Below are positions 63,198-64,000 of a stretch of DNA of 64,000 nt, piece after piece; the first letter of the stretch is position 1; the number at the start of each line of letters is the position of its first letter. The position numbers and the translations under genes are program-made. The notes under the pieces are model-generated. The model saw nothing but the letters and a program-made list of their open reading frames with translations. It had not been told where the DNA came from and ran no database searches. Origin of the DNA: Octopus sinensis (lineage: Eukaryota); the NCBI RefSeq assembly GCF_006345805.1, contig NC_042997.1, positions 197,780,001 through 197,844,000 of the forward strand. Reading direction: 5' to 3'.

Positions 63198-63616
63198 GGC
63201 ACAGGAGTGGCTGTATGGTAAGTAGCTTGCTAACCAACCACATGGTTCCGGGTTCAGTCCCACTGCGTGACATCTTGGGCAAGTGTCTTCTGCTATAGCC
63301 CCGGGCCGACCAATGCCTTGTGAGTGGATTTGGTAGACGGAAACTGAAAGAAGCGTGTCGTATATATGTATATATGTATATAAGTGTGTGTGTATATGTT
63401 TGTGTGTCTGTGTTTGTCCCCCTAGCATTGCTTGACAACCGATGCTGGTGTGTTTACGTCCCCGTCACTTAGCGGTTCGGCAAAAGAGACCGATAGAATA
63501 AGTACTGGGCTTACAAAGAATAAGTCCCGGGGTCGATTTGCTCGACTAAAGGCGGTGCTCCAGCATGGCCGCAGTCAAATGACTGAAACAAGTAAAAGAG
63601 TAAAAGAGTAAGAGTA
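63198..63616 (+). mobile_element. SINE family A, full length (right member of an inverted pair)
   Basis: Near-identical reverse complement of 62586-63005. The spacer holds an older SINE A head (about 63030-63185). Confidence 0.9.
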
Positions 63617-63744
63617 ATATATATTGATAGAAATGGTAAAACAACAAAAGAATGAAAGAGATCTCGATATTATGTAAACAGAGGAATTTATCTCTGTGTC
63701 AAAAAAAAATGTGACAAAATGTAAATGTAATATGTGACAAAGAT

Positions 63745-63891
63745 ATAGGCCGAATAAGCCTAGTACTTATTCTATCGGTATCTTTTGCCAAACCACTAGG
63801 TTACGGGGACATAAACACACCAACATCGGTTGTCAAGCAATGATTGGGGCACAAACAGACACACAAACACACACACACACACACACACATA

Positions 63892-63969
<78 letters not shown>

Positions 63970-64000
63970 CGACGGGCTTCTTTCAGTTTCCGTTTACCAA
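63745..64000 (-). mobile_element. SINE family A fragment, cut by the window end
   Basis: AAGCCTAGTACTTATTCTATCGG...GACGGGCTTCTTTCAGTTTCCG. Confidence 0.8.

Overview
AT-rich eukaryotic, repeat-saturated window with no confidently identifiable host gene, no rRNA or true tRNA genes and no CRISPR array. The repeat families (tRNA-derived SINEs with internal AT/GT microsatellites, abundant (AT)n/(CA)n tracts) look like those of an octopus (coleoid cephalopod) genome; this is inference from memory, not a database result. Most ORF-track entries are translated microsatellites. Real coding relics are all mobile-element derived: a 5'-truncated Penelope-like element with an open GIY-YIG endonuclease (5087-5822), a full-length but frameshifted CR1-group LINE whose ORF1 has two CCCH zinc fingers (25035-29655, minus), R4/Dong-type fragments (two families, five loci), two RTE 3' fragments and a decayed CRE-clade fragment (59369-60025). 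About five SINE families, three clear MITEs plus a piggyBac-like relic, and two Helentron-like elements are also present. Two candidate host exons are weakly supported (61-161 +, 46470-46700 -). The most unusual signals are: (1) several unrelated foldback (palindromic) elements and a short (AT)n-associated repeat that all carry hammerhead-ribozyme-like cores, suggesting non-autonomous Penelope-dependent, retrozyme-like elements; and (2) head-to-tail ~183-bp SINE multimers that share one self-complementary junction (GAAATA-GG-TATTTC) at independent loci, one of them inserted as a unit with a 19-bp target-site duplication. All alignments and folds were done by eye, so boundaries are approximate unless a TSD or TIR is quoted.
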